A DNA stretch of 62,932 nucleotides, filler included, from Octopus bimaculoides (taxonomy: Eukaryota): NCBI RefSeq assembly GCF_001194135.2. It is 6 parts of 5 records of this genome, joined end to end, with 100 filler letters (N's around TTAATTAATTAA, not from the genome) between each part and the next. Parts side by side here need not be neighbours in the genome. Positions count along the whole stretch, not along the records: positions 1 to 15,061 come from NC_068983.1; 5 more parts are not named here. The stretch is one strand, 5' to 3'. Numbering within the stretch: position 1 is the first letter of the stretch; every line of letters begins with the position of its first letter. Under the pieces are notes generated by a model. That model ran no database searches and had not been told where the DNA came from. It saw only the letters and a list, made by a program, of their open reading frames with translations. Shown piece by piece: positions 1 through 12,898 of the stretch. The position numbers and the translations under genes are program-made.

Positions 1-11
1 TATACATGATG

Positions 12-156
12 TAGGAAGGGCATCCAGCTGTAGAAACTCTGCCAAATCGGACTGGAGCCTGGTGTTGCCATCCGGTTTCACCAGTCCTCAGTCAAATCGT
101 CCAACCCATGCTAGCATGGAAAGCGGACGTTAAACGATGATGATGATGATGATGAT
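12..156 (+). mobile_element. 5'-truncated SINE/LINE 3' tail (RTE-like tail ending in (GAT)n)
   Basis: TAGGAAGGGCATCCAGCTGTAGAAAC...CCATGCTAGCATGGAAAGCGGACGTTAAAC followed by (GAT)n. A near-identical copy lies at 14819-14961 and reverse-oriented relatives lie at ~2100 and ~10205. Confidence 0.75.
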
Positions 157-456
157 GTGTAGAATAAGATTCAGAAAATCATGTGGTTACCACTGTAAGC
201 TCCTCTTGTGGACTTTGATATCAGTCTGTGTTGTAATCAATCAATCAATTACAATATAGTGCAATGTAAAGTAATAACCATGTAACTGAAAATCCAGAAT
301 ATTCAAGAGACAAAATTATTCTGCGAGGAAAATATAAAAACATGAAGTTTGGAGATATGTGACTTCCATAGGATAATGTACATTTTGCAACCTCCTTCAA
401 GTTGCATTACCTTCAGTACAAGAAATTATGCATAGTTGCACACTTTAATATGTATG

Positions 457-499
<43 letters not shown>

Positions 500-519
500 A
501 CTTAATCTAATATATATAC

Positions 520-560
<41 letters not shown>

Positions 561-561
<1 letters not shown>

Positions 562-1776
562 AGAAACTTAATCTAAGTATATAAGTATTTATCAGCATCT
601 AAAACTACTTGTTATCAGCTCTTACTAGAAAAAATTGTCTTTGTGGCATTTTTATCGGAAAAATGTTGAAATATTACTCCAAGAGGGATGCAACAGTTCA
701 TGTTGCTTCCCTTGCACAGATTTTTTTTTGTGTCATCTGCCACTGCTTCTTGTTTCATGCTAATTCCAACATTAAAAGTCTGAAGCCTATGATATCATGT
801 AGTTTATATTAATTTCACAGAACATTAGAAGAACAGTTGTATGCTGTCAACTTAATGTGATAGTCCTCTGGAGGGAATAATACTACCGTTTGTTAGACCT
901 AGGAAGCTGCACTGCTTCCTGTCGGCCTTGACACATTTCTTGTGTCCTTATGTTTACAAGGGGGAGACAAGCACCTCCACCCAGCTAAGCCTGCATCCAG
1001 AGACATGTTTCTGAGTCTTTGCTCGTCATCAGTTTGGAGTAGCATGACCTGCTTGTCTCCCCCTTGTAAACATAAGGACACAAGAAATGTGTCAAGGCCG
1101 ACAGGAAGCGGTGCAGCTTCCAAGGTCTAACCAGCAGTAGTATTATTCCCTTCAGGGGACTGTCACATTAAGTTCATAGCATACAACTACTTCATCTTAT
1201 CACTACTGCATAAATCTCTCTGAGAGATTTAGAAATGTATTATTTCTAAAGATGAAATGCTGTTATGTATTTCACTAGAATTATTATATGTTTACAAGAG
1301 CTTGACGGGCATCTTCGACTAGCAGGTCATGCTACTCCAAACTGATGACGAGCAAAGACTCAGAAACATGTCTCTGGATTCAGGCTTAGCTAAGTGGAGG
1401 TGTTTGTCTCCCCCTTGTAAACATAAGGACACAGGAAATGTGTCAAGGCTGACAGGAAGTGGTGCAGCTTCCTAGGTCTAACCAACAGTAGTATTATTCC
1501 CTCCAGGGGACTGTCACATTAAGTTGACAGCATACAACTGTTCTCCTAATGTCCTGTAAAATTAATATAAACTACATGACATCATAGGCTTCAGACTTTT
1601 AATGTTGGAATTAGCATGAAACAACAAGCAGTGATGAACTGTTGCATCCCTCATGGAGTAATATTTCAACATTTTTTCCGATAAAAATGCCACAAAGACA
1701 ATTTTTTTCTAGTAAAAGCTGATAACGAGTAGTTTTAAAGGCTAATAAATACTTATATGTTTAGATTAAGTTTCTG
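561..1776. mobile_element. Fold-back / long-TIR non-autonomous element (arms 561-1053 and 1321-1776) with an extra arm copy at 1054-1190
   Basis: 1321-1776 is the reverse complement of 561-1053, apart from a ~40-bp indel near 700-740 and scattered substitutions. Ends read CAGAAACTTAATCTAA...TTAGATTAAGTTTCTG; the left end abuts a TA tract. Confidence 0.8.
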
Positions 1777-2097
1777 TTAATTTGCAATACCTATGATCTT
1801 CTGTTGTTATGTAACACTTACATAGGAAAAAGGAAGCAAGTTGACATTCTGCTTCCATAAAAAAAAAAAAACAGTGAAAAGATAACACATGCATAGTTTT
1901 ATACATTTATTCAACTAATATTTTAAACTTTTTCAAATTACAGAACACCCTTAATATAAAATGTGATTTCTTCTATTTTAAAAATAGCTGTATAATCCAA
2001 ACATGTCAATTTGATTCAAATATCTATGAGACAGAAAATTTTGGTCATTGCTTCCCCAGCCAGAAAGATCACCACATGCCTCTGATATATATATATA

Positions 2098-2325
2098 TCC
2101 TCATCATCATCATTTAACGTCCATTGTCCATGCTGGCTTGGGTTGGACAGTTTGACCAGGGTTGGCAAGCTGAGGGGGCTGTACCAGACTCTATTGTTTC
2201 TACAGCTGCATGGTCTTCTTAATGCTAACCACTCCGATAGTGTAATGGGTGCTTTTACATACCAGTTGTATGACACCAGTATCTGCCACTATTACGATTT
2301 CATTTGGCTTGATGGGTCTTCTCAA
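2098..2325 (-). mobile_element. SINE body and tail, same tail family as 12-156
   Basis: (CAT)n TTAACGTCCATTGTCCATGCTGGCTTGGGTTGGAC is the reverse complement of the conserved tail. Confidence 0.65.
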
Positions 2326-2447
2326 GCCTCGTGGAGCTTTAGGTGTTTTTGCTCAATAAACACTCACAACGCCCGGTCTGGGAATCGAAACTGCGATCCT
2401 ATGACCGCGAGTCTGCTGCCCTAACCACTGGGCCATTGCGCCTCCAC
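2326..2447 (-). mobile_element. tRNA-derived SINE head (same family as 56869-57175)
   Basis: Minus strand reads GTGGAGGCGCAATGGCCCAGTGGTTAGGGCAGCAGAC...GTTTCGATTCCCAGACC (A-box and B-box like), then TGTGAGTGTTTATTGAGCAAAAACACCTAAAGCTCCACGAGGC, which is shared with 56869. Confidence 0.8.
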
Positions 2448-2894
2448 TTTGATATACCTACTTAATCATTAAACCACGCATGGTTTTAAATATGGTAAAC
2501 AAAATATGGAAAATTGCATAAATTTTTAGGCTGAAATTAGTGAAACCAGATCCCGGTCAATTGACTTCTTTTTTCTATACTGCAAAAAACTCTCTTTTAG
2601 CTGCAAAACTTTAAAATGTATATATTAAGCCAGTTTCTTTACAAAGGACTCAAAGCCATTAATGACTCCTTCTTTTTCCTTGTTCCCTTCCATCTTTCTC
2701 AATTTTGTAATATATGTTTATATAAATTACATATACCTTATGAATATGTATACCAATATCATTTCAGTTGAACTATGAACATTTATTCCATGAAATTGTA
2801 TATTCATATTTTTATTTTTTCAATCATATAAACACATAGAATAAAATTATTCTTCACTTTTGTTAAAAAGTTAAGCTTGTTTTAATTACAATGT

Positions 2895-2931
<37 letters not shown>

Positions 2932-2941
2932 NNNNNNNNNN

Positions 2942-2994
<53 letters not shown>

Positions 2995-3126
2995 CATAAA
3001 TACATACACATATGTACAGTTGTGATTGCATTTATATATATACATGTGTGTGTGTGTGTGTGTGTGTGTGCATGTGTGCATGCGTGTGCATGCGTGTGCA
3101 TGTGCATGTATATATGTGTGTATATA

Positions 3127-4003
3127 CAAGGAGTGGTGAATAAACTGTTGTCTAAACTATGCAAAAATGAAAATAACACTGACATCTCATTTTAACAGAT
3201 ATATTTACAAAAATTACTTTAAAATATCTCGAAATACTAAAGAGTAAATTAATTCAATGAAATTGCTATTGGCTTCAACCATGGCCTCCAGACGACTTTG
3301 GAATCTCCTGCAACTCATCTGGATGGTCTCCTTATTTAAGTTGGTGAATGCTGCCATAATCCTTGTCTTCAGTTCATCTTTGGTGTTACAAGGAGTTTTG
3401 TTGGTCTCTTGCTCAACTGCACCCTACACATAATAATCAAGGGGTTGCAGTCTGGGGAGTTAGGTGGCCAAATGTTAGGGGTGATGTGGTCGCAGAAATT
3501 GTCTGACAGCCATGACTAGGTTCTCCTGCATGTGTGGCATGGTGCAGACTCCTGCTGATAGACATAGGAGCTAGCAGCCTCCCTCTTGATTCAGGGCAGC
3601 ACTACTGCCTCCAGGCACTTGATGTGGGTCTCCCTGTTGAGTGTGAGGCCGTGTGAGAAGATGAATGGAGGCATAACATCACCATCGCTAGAGATCACTC
3701 TAAACACCATGATGCTGACTGGATGTTTGATTTTTATCACTCTCAGTACATGCACTATCTTCAGATTGACATCCAAACACTTTGAAATATTTTTGTATTG
3801 GAGCTTTTGGTGCGAATGCCAAGCAGTACAACATGTCATTGCCAAATTTCTGGCGGAGTGAATTGTGTCATTGGTGCTGGTTTTCTCACAGACAGTGCCC
3901 AACTGACCCTACTATACTGTGTAGTCAAGAAAATCAAAGACAAACAATGCACATGTATGAAATAAAAAATATAAAACAGCGACAATTTACCCATAGCACC
4001 TTG
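3127..4003 (-). mobile_element. Tc1/mariner superfamily (maT/DD37D-like) transposon, internally deleted and decayed; transposase ~3871-3250
   Basis: Translation across stops and frameshifts: MTQFTPPEIW...NISKCLDVNLKIV / KIKHPVSIMVFRVISSDGDVMPPFIF...QQESAPCHT...NIWPPNSPDCNPLDYYV...TKDELKTRIMAAF. Left end TA|CAAGGAGTGGTGAATAAA with a degenerate inverted counterpart at ~3981-4003. Confidence 0.85.
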
Positions 4004-5246
4004 GATACACACACACACACATATAGAGGAAGAGAGTTGCATCATTTTTGCCTTGGATTCTACAGCTTGATGTCCTTTCTAGCACCAACCATTTTACAGA
4101 GTGTACTGAGTGTATCTATCATAGCACTGGCAATAACGAAGTTGTTACGTCTTCAACAACACTAAAATGTTTTCACAATCATATGCTTAAAATGCACATA
4201 TTATCATGGCACTAGTTCCAGAGAAGATAGGAGTGACAGAATGATAGACAGTAAGAGATGGATAAATAATGAGAGTGAATGATAAATTTTGATACCAAAT
4301 TGGTACCAAATTTTGATACCAAATTTTGATACCAAATTGGGGAAATATAAGTTGAGTGTATGAAGTGCCTATCGATCTGATGAGGATCCTTAAGTGCATA
4401 CCTCAAGACAGTGAGAGAGTTAGTAAGATAAAGAAGAGAGAGGTGGGAATGGAGTACTGGAGTGCTGGAGTGAAGGTTAGATAGATCCTGTGTCATCTCT
4501 AGTTACACTAGAAACAATATGTGGTGACCTGAGAGATCCACTTCTAGAGTGGTCTCAGGAAGGGAGGTAAATATGGTTGTGATGAGGTGTTAGAATGCAG
4601 CTTCAAGGTAACGTGTCCAAGAGGATGGATATAAGAGAGTGTGGAGACAAGAGAATCAGAAATGATGGATAAAGTTGCAAGAGTGTGAGCATAGAGATAA
4701 GGATGAGTGTAAACAGAGGTGGTCAGATGTATATATAGGGGTGAATGTAGGGATTAGCAAACTGGGGGTGATAAATATGAGTAGAGAGGATGATGATAAT
4801 GATAAACTGATGTCAATTGGGAATAACACACATATACATATATTATACTGTATATCATATAATACTGTATATTATACTGTATATGTTCGTATATGTAATG
4901 TTTATGTACAAAAACATACTAGAGTTGACCTGATCGGTAATGTTGCTCCTCCATCTTGGGTAAATAAAAGCAAGTAAAAAAGAAATGTGGCAGTCATTTT
5001 GACTAACAAAGAAATCATTAAATTTAATAAGTAAATAAATATAACAGCTGAAAAATGTGCTATAAAAGAACTAACAGACATAATTCATAGTTGTCTATTC
5101 TATCGTGTCTATTAAAGATTTTTTTTTGAGGCAATGAATGCAAGCACACCACTGCTGCTGACACCTTCAGCAATCACAATCAACATCACCATCACAACGA
5201 TAAAGGAAAAGGCAAAAGCTATGGAAAAGTATTTTAAAGTCTTCTT

Positions 5247-5344
5247 TTACAATCCATTCTGAAAATGAACAATAAAACTAGGGTTAAAAGAAGGAAAAAA
5301 AAAAAAGAAAGAAAAATCTCTGCTTTATCTAACTTACCCCATCC
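5247..5344 (-). CDS. Candidate 7-nt micro-exon (5344-5338), 79-nt intron, and start of a possible terminal exon (5258 onward) of an unidentified host gene
   Basis: Minus strand: T-rich tract+GTGCAG|GGATGGG|GTAAGT...polypyrimidine...TTTTCAG|AATGGATTGTAA. Supported by splice signals only; no homology recognised. Confidence 0.3.
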
Positions 5345-5765
5345 CTGCACATTAAAAGAAAAAAAAATATCTCACACGAAAATATATGTGAAGCAGTTTA
5401 TGTAGGGTGAAGTTAAGGCATTTGTTGATTCTCTGAGTAGATTATTATTTGGCGCTATTATATGTTATTTTTTTTTTTTACCAATCATTTCTATTTAATG
5501 AGATCAGTATGGTAGTTATGGTAGTTATCTTACCATGACATACGGCCATTAAAGCTAAGTTTGAACTATTTGATTTTGATTTTTCTCTTCATTTTTTCTT
5601 CTTTTTTTCTTCTCATTTATTCACATCTCTCTCACAAGATTATTTGAAGTTTACATACATGCACACACACACACACACACATACATACATACGTGTATGT
5701 ATATATATATAAATGTGTATGGGCATTTGTGCATGTATATTTTTACATATTCATCTGTGTGTCTA

Positions 5766-5816
<51 letters not shown>

Positions 5817-5891
5817 AATGCATGTATATATCTGTAAATATACATATGTGTATCTATATATGTATATGTATATATATGCATGCACACGTGC

Positions 5892-5924
<33 letters not shown>

Positions 5925-6111
5925 NNNNNNNNNNNNNNNNNNNNNNNNNNNNNNNNNNNNNNNNNNNNNNNNNNNNNNNNNNNNNNNNNNNNNNNNNNNN
6001 NNNNNNNNNNNNNNNNNNNNNNNNNNNNNNNNNNNNNNNNNNNNNNNNNNNNNNNNNNNNNNNNNNNNNNNNNNNTATATCTGTATAAATATATATTTAA
6101 ATATATGTATG

Positions 6112-6186
<75 letters not shown>

Positions 6187-6655
6187 CACACACACACATA
6201 CTCACACATATATATACATGCACACACATTCTCACACATGTATATGCATGCACACATACACACAGATACATATATGTCGGGGCAGTATGGTGGGCTGCTT
6301 AAGAAGTTAGTTTTGCAGTCATGAAGCCTTCAGTTCAATCTTATACCATTGTACCTTGGGGAAGTGAGTAATTTGCTGTAATGTCAGATTGATCCGTATA
6401 TTATGAATGAAACGTGGTTGACACAAACTGTATAGAAGCCCGTTAGATAGACTGTGGCTATAATTCAAGATGTCTAGATGTGTCAAATGCTCATGCTGAT
6501 TCTTACATTAATGGTATGTATGTCTGTGGAATATTCGGCCAATAATATGTTAATTCAATGTGCAGATAATTCAGTTGATATGAAACAAGTGAATACTCAT
6601 GGTTGGAAATTCTGACCAAGATCCATTCATACATACATACATACATGCAGGTGTA

Positions 6656-7056
6656 GGCGTGGCTGTGTGGTAAGAAGCTTGCTTCCCAACCACATGGTTC
6701 TGGGTTCAGTTTCACTGTGTGACACACTGGGCAAGTGTCTTCTACTATAACCTTGGGCCGACTAAAGCTTTGTGAGTGGATTTGGTAGATGGAAACTGAA
6801 AGAAGCCGGTCATGAATATATATATATGTATATATTTGTGTGTGTGTGTGTGTGTGTATTTATCCCCCCCCACCATCGCTTGACAACTTATGTTGGTGTG
6901 CTTATGTGCCCGTAAGTTAGCAGTTTGGCAAAAGAGACTGATAGAATAAGTATTAAGCTTACAAAGAATAAGTCCTGGGGTCAAATTGTTTGACTAAAGG
7001 CGGTGCTCCAGCATGGCCACAGTCAAATAACTGAAACAGCTAAAAGAATAAAAGAA
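6656..7056 (+). mobile_element. tRNA-derived SINE family A, full length, with internal TA/TG microsatellite
   Basis: Head GGCGTGGCTGTGTGGTAAGAAGCTTGCTTCCCAACCACATGG...GGGCAAGTGTCTTCTACTATA; central microsatellite; tail ...GCGGTGCTCCAGCATGGCCACAGTCAAAT...AAAAGAATAAAAG. Many copies occur in the window. Confidence 0.85.
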
Positions 7057-7194
7057 TACATACATACATACATACATACATGCATACATACATACATGCA
7101 TATATACATACACAAACACTGACAGACAGACAGACAATCATATGGACAATCAGACAGAGAGACAGACAGACAAACAGACACACATCTCAGTTAT

Positions 7195-7580
7195 GACAGC
7201 ATGGTAAGCAGCTTGCTTCCCAGCCACATGGTTCTCGGTTGAGTCCAAGTGTGTGGTACCTCAAGCAAGTGTCTCCTATTAGCCCAGTACAACCAAAGCT
7301 CTGTAAGTGGATTTGGTAAATGGAAACTGAAAAACGCCCATTGTATATATGTATGTGTGTGTGTGTGTGTGTTTATGTGCTTGTGCTTGTCCACCACCAC
7401 TGTTCAACAACTTGTGTTGGTTTGTTTACATCTCTATAACTTAATAGTTTGGCAAAATGAAAACAATAGAATAAATACTAGGCTTCGAAAGAAATAAGTA
7501 CTGGACTGAATTGTTCAAGTAAACCCTGCAAGGTGGTACCCCAGTATGGCTGCAATCCAATGACTGAAGCAAGTAAAAGA
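7195..7580 (+). mobile_element. SINE family A copy
   Basis: Same head, microsatellite and tail organisation as 6656-7056; more diverged. Confidence 0.8.
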
Positions 7581-7647
7581 CACACACATTATATATACAC
7601 ACATATATATATGTACACACACAGACACACACACATGTATACACACG

Positions 7648-7720
<73 letters not shown>

Positions 7721-7908
7721 TTGTTTAAAAGAGTTCCAACACTGTCTGTTTTTTTATGTTTTATTTATATTCCTGCAAAACCAATGTGGGATATAGAATA
7801 TGGAATATACAATATATAATATAATATACAATATATAATATAAAATAAAAATGGATGGTACAATGAAATAAAGTATTGAATGTCTTATTGAATATATGGA
7901 ATATGTCT

Positions 7909-7940
<32 letters not shown>

Positions 7941-9060
7941 TAATTATAAAATCTGGTAATTAATCATATATTAATTAATATCGATTAATTATCAGGAGGC
8001 CAGCACATCTAAAGAATCAAAGAGATTCAGAAATAGTATCTGCAATCTCAGGGGATTAAGGTACATTTTATAAAATAACGTTGACCACTAACGTGGACAA
8101 TTAATGTGCTAGAAATAGATCACATCTTGTGTCTATTAAGACCTATATATATGGTATATGTGTATATATATATATACACACACACACACACATACACACA
8201 CATATAAATATATACATATATCTTTATGTATATTTAATTATGTGTATATATATGTATATATATATTTATGTGTATCTCTTGTGCATACACATAAGTATGG
8301 AGAGGTGGGAATGAATGACCAATAAGACGTGTTATTTTGGTCTATTTCGCTTATATTTTGTCTTTAATTAATGGGAAGCCTGCTGTGTATTTGATGACCA
8401 TTTAAGATTCACTCTGGCACCACTGTATCTATAGCAACCTCAAATTATTTTGTTGTTACTATGCTGGACCTTAAATTAGATTTGAGTTAGAGTTGTTTTA
8501 TTCTACCCTTCCACAATTTTCTATGTTTGCTAATTGCATATTTGACCACATCTGCTTTCTCTTCTCTAAATTGGAAAGTTCATCTTGAAAACAACACTAG
8601 CTGAAATAGGGAAGCTATGTTGTTGGTTGCCTGATGGTGGTGAAATTGTTTAATACTATATAGTTTTTTATAGCTGCATTGAATAAAGTTCTACCGAAAC
8701 AGCTGTCACTAATTTAGACATCATTTGTGAGTTACTATTTTGTACTTAAGTCGCTCCAATGATCCACTGGTGAGTTGATTTGTAGGTTATTAATTGGATT
8801 TGGTATTTACATACAGTATCTTGTGAACATTTGATGTCTACAATGTTGTATTATTTAACAGTCAGCTCTATGCAATTAAACCTAGCTATTTTTTAGTGTT
8901 TTAGATGTTGATATATATCTAAATATATGTTAAGTAAGGCACCAGCAAATAGCTAGGTATAATCACATGGAGCTGACAGCTAAACACTGCAACATCAATT
9001 CTGTAAGCCTGCTGGCTGTATGTGATATCAGTATTTGAAAAGAAGCTGATATTCTTAATC

Positions 9061-9236
9061 AGGCACAAGCACTGGCTGTGTGGTAAGAAGTTTGCTTCCC
9101 AACCACATGGTTTGGGGGTTCAGTCCCATTGTGTGGAACCTTGGGCAAGTGTCTTCTACTTTAGCTTCAGGTTGACCAAAGCCTTGTGAGTGGATTTGGT
9201 AGATGGAACCTGAAAGTAGCCCTTGTACACGCACGT

Positions 9237-9284
<48 letters not shown>

Positions 9285-9400
9285 CTATGGTGATGAGAAG
9301 GGCAACTAGGTGGAGAAAATCTGCCCCAACAGATTCTGTCTGACCCATGTAAACATGGAAAAGTGGGTGTTAGATTATGATGATGATGATGATGATGATG
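9061..9400 (+). mobile_element. SINE family A head followed by an RTE-like tail fragment
   Basis: GGCTGTGTGGTAAGAAGTTTGCTTCCCAACCAC head; downstream CCCATGTAAACATGGAAAAGTGGGTGTTAGAT(GAT)n tail. Confidence 0.7.
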
Positions 9401-11113
9401 ATATATGTGTGTGTGTATGTGCATGTATATACGCATGAAAATATCTTATAACATATGACAAAGAAAAATGGTGCTTTTCAATTATAAACATCAAATTAAA
9501 TCAGACACCTTATAAACATGAATTCAATAAATGAAAAAAAAAAAACAAACAAAAAATCCAAAAAGCAACCAAAAAAAAAAAACCAAACAAACCATGGTTC
9601 TGTGCACATTTTCTTTTTCTGTCTTGGATTTGTGGTTATAAAGAGTTTAATTTAATTTAATGTTTATAACAAAAAATATCTTAACCATTTTACTTTATCA
9701 TGTGTTACTAATGCTATAGGTCTTTTCAAAATCATAATAACATTGAGAAATTTCTGATATGGGAACAATGTTTAAGGATGAATAAAAACAAAATATTATC
9801 TGAATTAATCTTTGTACAGCTTAGGGTTTTAAGTGTTTATCAAATTTTGGAAACCTTGTCAGGTTGAGAGAGGTATAAACAATGTTGTAGGTGTACTAGA
9901 AAAAGCATGGTTTTGAGGCTAGCACAATCATCTGGATTATGACTGATGCATGGTCATGTGGTCAGTTCTGTGCATATTTCTTATGCTATAAATTTGTGTT
10001 TATAAAGTGTATAATTTAATTCATGTCAATGTTTATGTCTAGATTGTTAAGAGGTTGACTTCAAAACCTTTGTGGTCAGCCCCAGTGTGTGGTACTTTGG
10101 GCAGGATTTTTTATGATTGCTCCAGACTGACTGAGTGGTGAACAAAAACTGAAAGAAACCTACATGCACATGAACATATGTGCATGCACACGCGCACACA
10201 CACACACATCATCATCATCATCATCATTTAATATCCACATTTCCTTGCTTGCTTCAGTCAGATGGAATTTATTTAGGCAGGTTTTCTGCTTCTGGATGTC
10301 CTTGTAGCCAACCCTCACCTGCTTCCAAGCAAGGTAATATTTCCCCACGGCTAAATATGTTTTCAATGGTATATGTGTATGTGTGTGTACATGAGTGTGT
10401 GTATGTGTTCATACCCCTTTGTCTTGATATTAAATGCTAATTCTAAACAAATGTTAGCAGTATCATACAAGCAATGTTAGTCAATAGGAATCTTCTGTAA
10501 AAACGTGTCCAGCCATTGGGCTGTTTGTGTTCAAAGAACTAGGAGAAATATTGCCTAACTTGACAAAAGACAAAGGATTTTATTGTAGTTTAGTAACCAA
10601 CCAGATATTGAGTTGGTAATTTGACAGAGTTGGTAAGAACATTTGACTGAATGTTTTGTGATATTTGTTCCAGTTCTCTGTGCTCTGAGTTCACATCTTT
10701 GCTTTTCATTCATGGGTGGGAGTCAATAAAAATGTAACAATCCAAAGCAGACAATTGACTGAACTGTAAGAATGTCAGACATTCTTACAATTCTAGATAC
10801 CTTGTGATGTTTTTTTTGTGGCTCCTTGTGGTCAGTTCATTACACATGCTGATACATGAGTTCAAATCCTATCATGGCCTACTTGGATGGTAAACTTAAC
10901 ATGTAGTCTAGTTTGTCTAGGATGTCTTAAGTGGAGCCCAATCTCTTGTAAGCATTCAAACTAGTCTTTGGTTTTAGGATACCTAGAATGCCTACCTTTT
11001 CCTGTTCCCACCAGTATCAGAAGCTCTGTAATGGGTTATGAGCACTATCTTCTCCCCTCATGAAAAAATAAGACCTTCCCACCCAAAAAGAAGATATACA
11101 GTTCAAGTATTAA

Positions 11114-11316
11114 CCCCTTAACATTTAAACTGTTTTACCAGTTTTATGTCCAAACTGTTCAGATCTGACCCCTCATACCTATCCTACAATGTCATTCTAA
11201 AAACAAACAACCACATCATCTCAAAGTCTCGAAGCTACAAGATAATGTATGACTAATTCAAAACAATGTGAATATATAAACACTACATTTAACAGAATAA
11301 TCTCAATGCAAATGGG
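11114..11316. mobile_element. Possible piggyBac-type MITE
   Basis: TTAA|CCCCTTAACATT ... AATGCAAATGGG|TTCA: CCC/GGG ends, imperfect TIR, TTAA-like TSD with one mismatch. Confidence 0.45.
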
Positions 11317-11404
11317 TTCAGTAATAAATAATGGTAAGAAAAATGACTACACGGAAACATTTTTCTTCCAACTCATAAATGTATTGTATAAAGATTTCAG
11401 ATTT

Positions 11405-11590
11405 TGATGCAAGGCAGCAACTTTGTGGGGTGGGAGCTAGTTCATGATATCACCTCCTATTGCTCAACGGGTACTTATTTTATTGACCTAGAAAGGATGA
11501 AAGGCAAAGTAGACTTCAGAATTTTTATCTCAGAATGTAAGGTTGAAAGAAATGGTTGGTAAGTATTTTATCTGGCATGGTAACAAGTTT
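11405..11590 (-). mobile_element. tRNA-derived SINE family B copy (diverged)
   Basis: GGTACTTATTTTATTGACCTAGAAAGGATGAAAGGCAAAGT motif shared with the copies at 28.6-29.1, 50.3, 56.1 and 57.5 kb. Confidence 0.7.
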
Positions 11591-12344
11591 GCTCACTTGT
11601 TGCCTTATTAAATAAAGAATAATGAAAAGGAATATGATTGCATGAAAAAGGTTTTTTTTTTTAAATCTTTGCTTTATAAATGCATTCGATAATGCATGTG
11701 ATAGGAATCTGTAAAAGATGATGGGTGACAAAAAGTAAAGCATAAAAAAAAAAAAAACCAAGAAAAATATCACTGTGAAATATTTTTAGGAAATATACCA
11801 AGCAGAAATAATTAATTCTGTGAATGGAAAATATTTTTAGCTTTGCTCTAAAACAATTTTGAGGTTACAACCCCAAGAGAGAACATGTCATTCTGATAGC
11901 TGAAATCATGAATATGACCTTGCTGGGTTTCACTCGGCTTCAGTGTAGTCTGAACCATACATGCTCTTTCACAGCCTCTACACTCACACACACACATGCA
12001 CATGCATGCATGCATGCACACACACACACACATGCACACACACACACACAGACAATCACACACAAATACTCACATACACTCACACACACATTGTAGTGGT
12101 GTGAAACCTAAGTTGCAAGACAAACTCCCATTTTCAGTTTTAATAAAGCTATATGTGTGTGTGTGTGTGTGTGTATGTAAGACAGTTACAATGAAAATGA
12201 AGATTAATACATCTGCAAGTGTTTTTTATTTTTACCAATTGAAGCTGTTAGCCATAACTTGGAATATAACAATCAATACCAGCCTAGATACATTATTCCT
12301 ATCTATGTGTGTGTGTGTATGTTTCTATATATATGTATATATTT

Positions 12345-12670
12345 ATAAAGAAGAAAGACCTACTTCTGTCATGAATGACCATGGGATTGCACCTAGAAAG
12401 TTCCCCTCTGAGGCACAAGTCCAGGCAGGGTTGTGTATGAAAGACCAGCAGTCGCCCATGCATACCAGCCTCCCCTCTCCATGCTACCGATGCTATCCAA
12501 GAGTAAGTCAAAGGCCGATACAACTTGTCACCACTGATGTCGCAACTCATTTCTACAGCTGAGTGAACTGGAGCAACATGAAATAAAGTGTCTTGCTTAG
12601 GGACACAACAAATAGCCCAGTCCAGGAATTGAACTCACTACCTCATGATTGTGAGCCCAGCACTCTAATA
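12345..12670 (-). mobile_element. tRNA-derived SINE family D
   Basis: Minus-strand head ...GTGAGTTCAATTCCTGGACTGGGC...GTGTCCCTAAGCAAGACACTTTATTTCATGTTGCTCCAGTTCACTCAGCTG; a relative lies at 62240-62405. Confidence 0.7.
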
Positions 12671-12898
12671 TGTACAAAATTGTTAAAGTTATGGTTGGTT
12701 TATTTTTTCTCTGAGGGAATTGGTATGTTGGTCAGCCTATCACCATTTTATGCCTGCCTTCCATACCAGCATGGGCTTGATGGCTGGTTATTGTTTAAAT
12801 CAGTTCCAATTCAGAGCCATGTCATATGGAAACATTTTTCTTCCAACTCATAAAATATATTGTGTTGCAAATATACTTTTGCCACTGTAGGTAATATC

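Noticed and set aside
245-320. Strong minus-strand acceptor (TTTTCCTCGCAG|) opening IILSLEYSGFSVTWLLLYIALYCN*, phase-compatible with the 13398 exon
   Set aside because: Short, with no homology; it cannot be distinguished from chance without transcript data.
4200-4720. Purine-rich stretch whose minus strand gives HQIDRHFIHST (APE endonuclease-like), with a 13-bp TTTGATACCAAAT repeat and a CTGATGA
   Set aside because: Too degenerate to call a LINE endonuclease. The CTGATGA has no downstream GAAA or stems, so it is not a hammerhead.
8495-8600. Minus-strand frame CCFQDELSNLEKRKQMWSNMQLANIENCGRVE* after an AG
   Set aside because: No good donor site, and the length is within random expectation.
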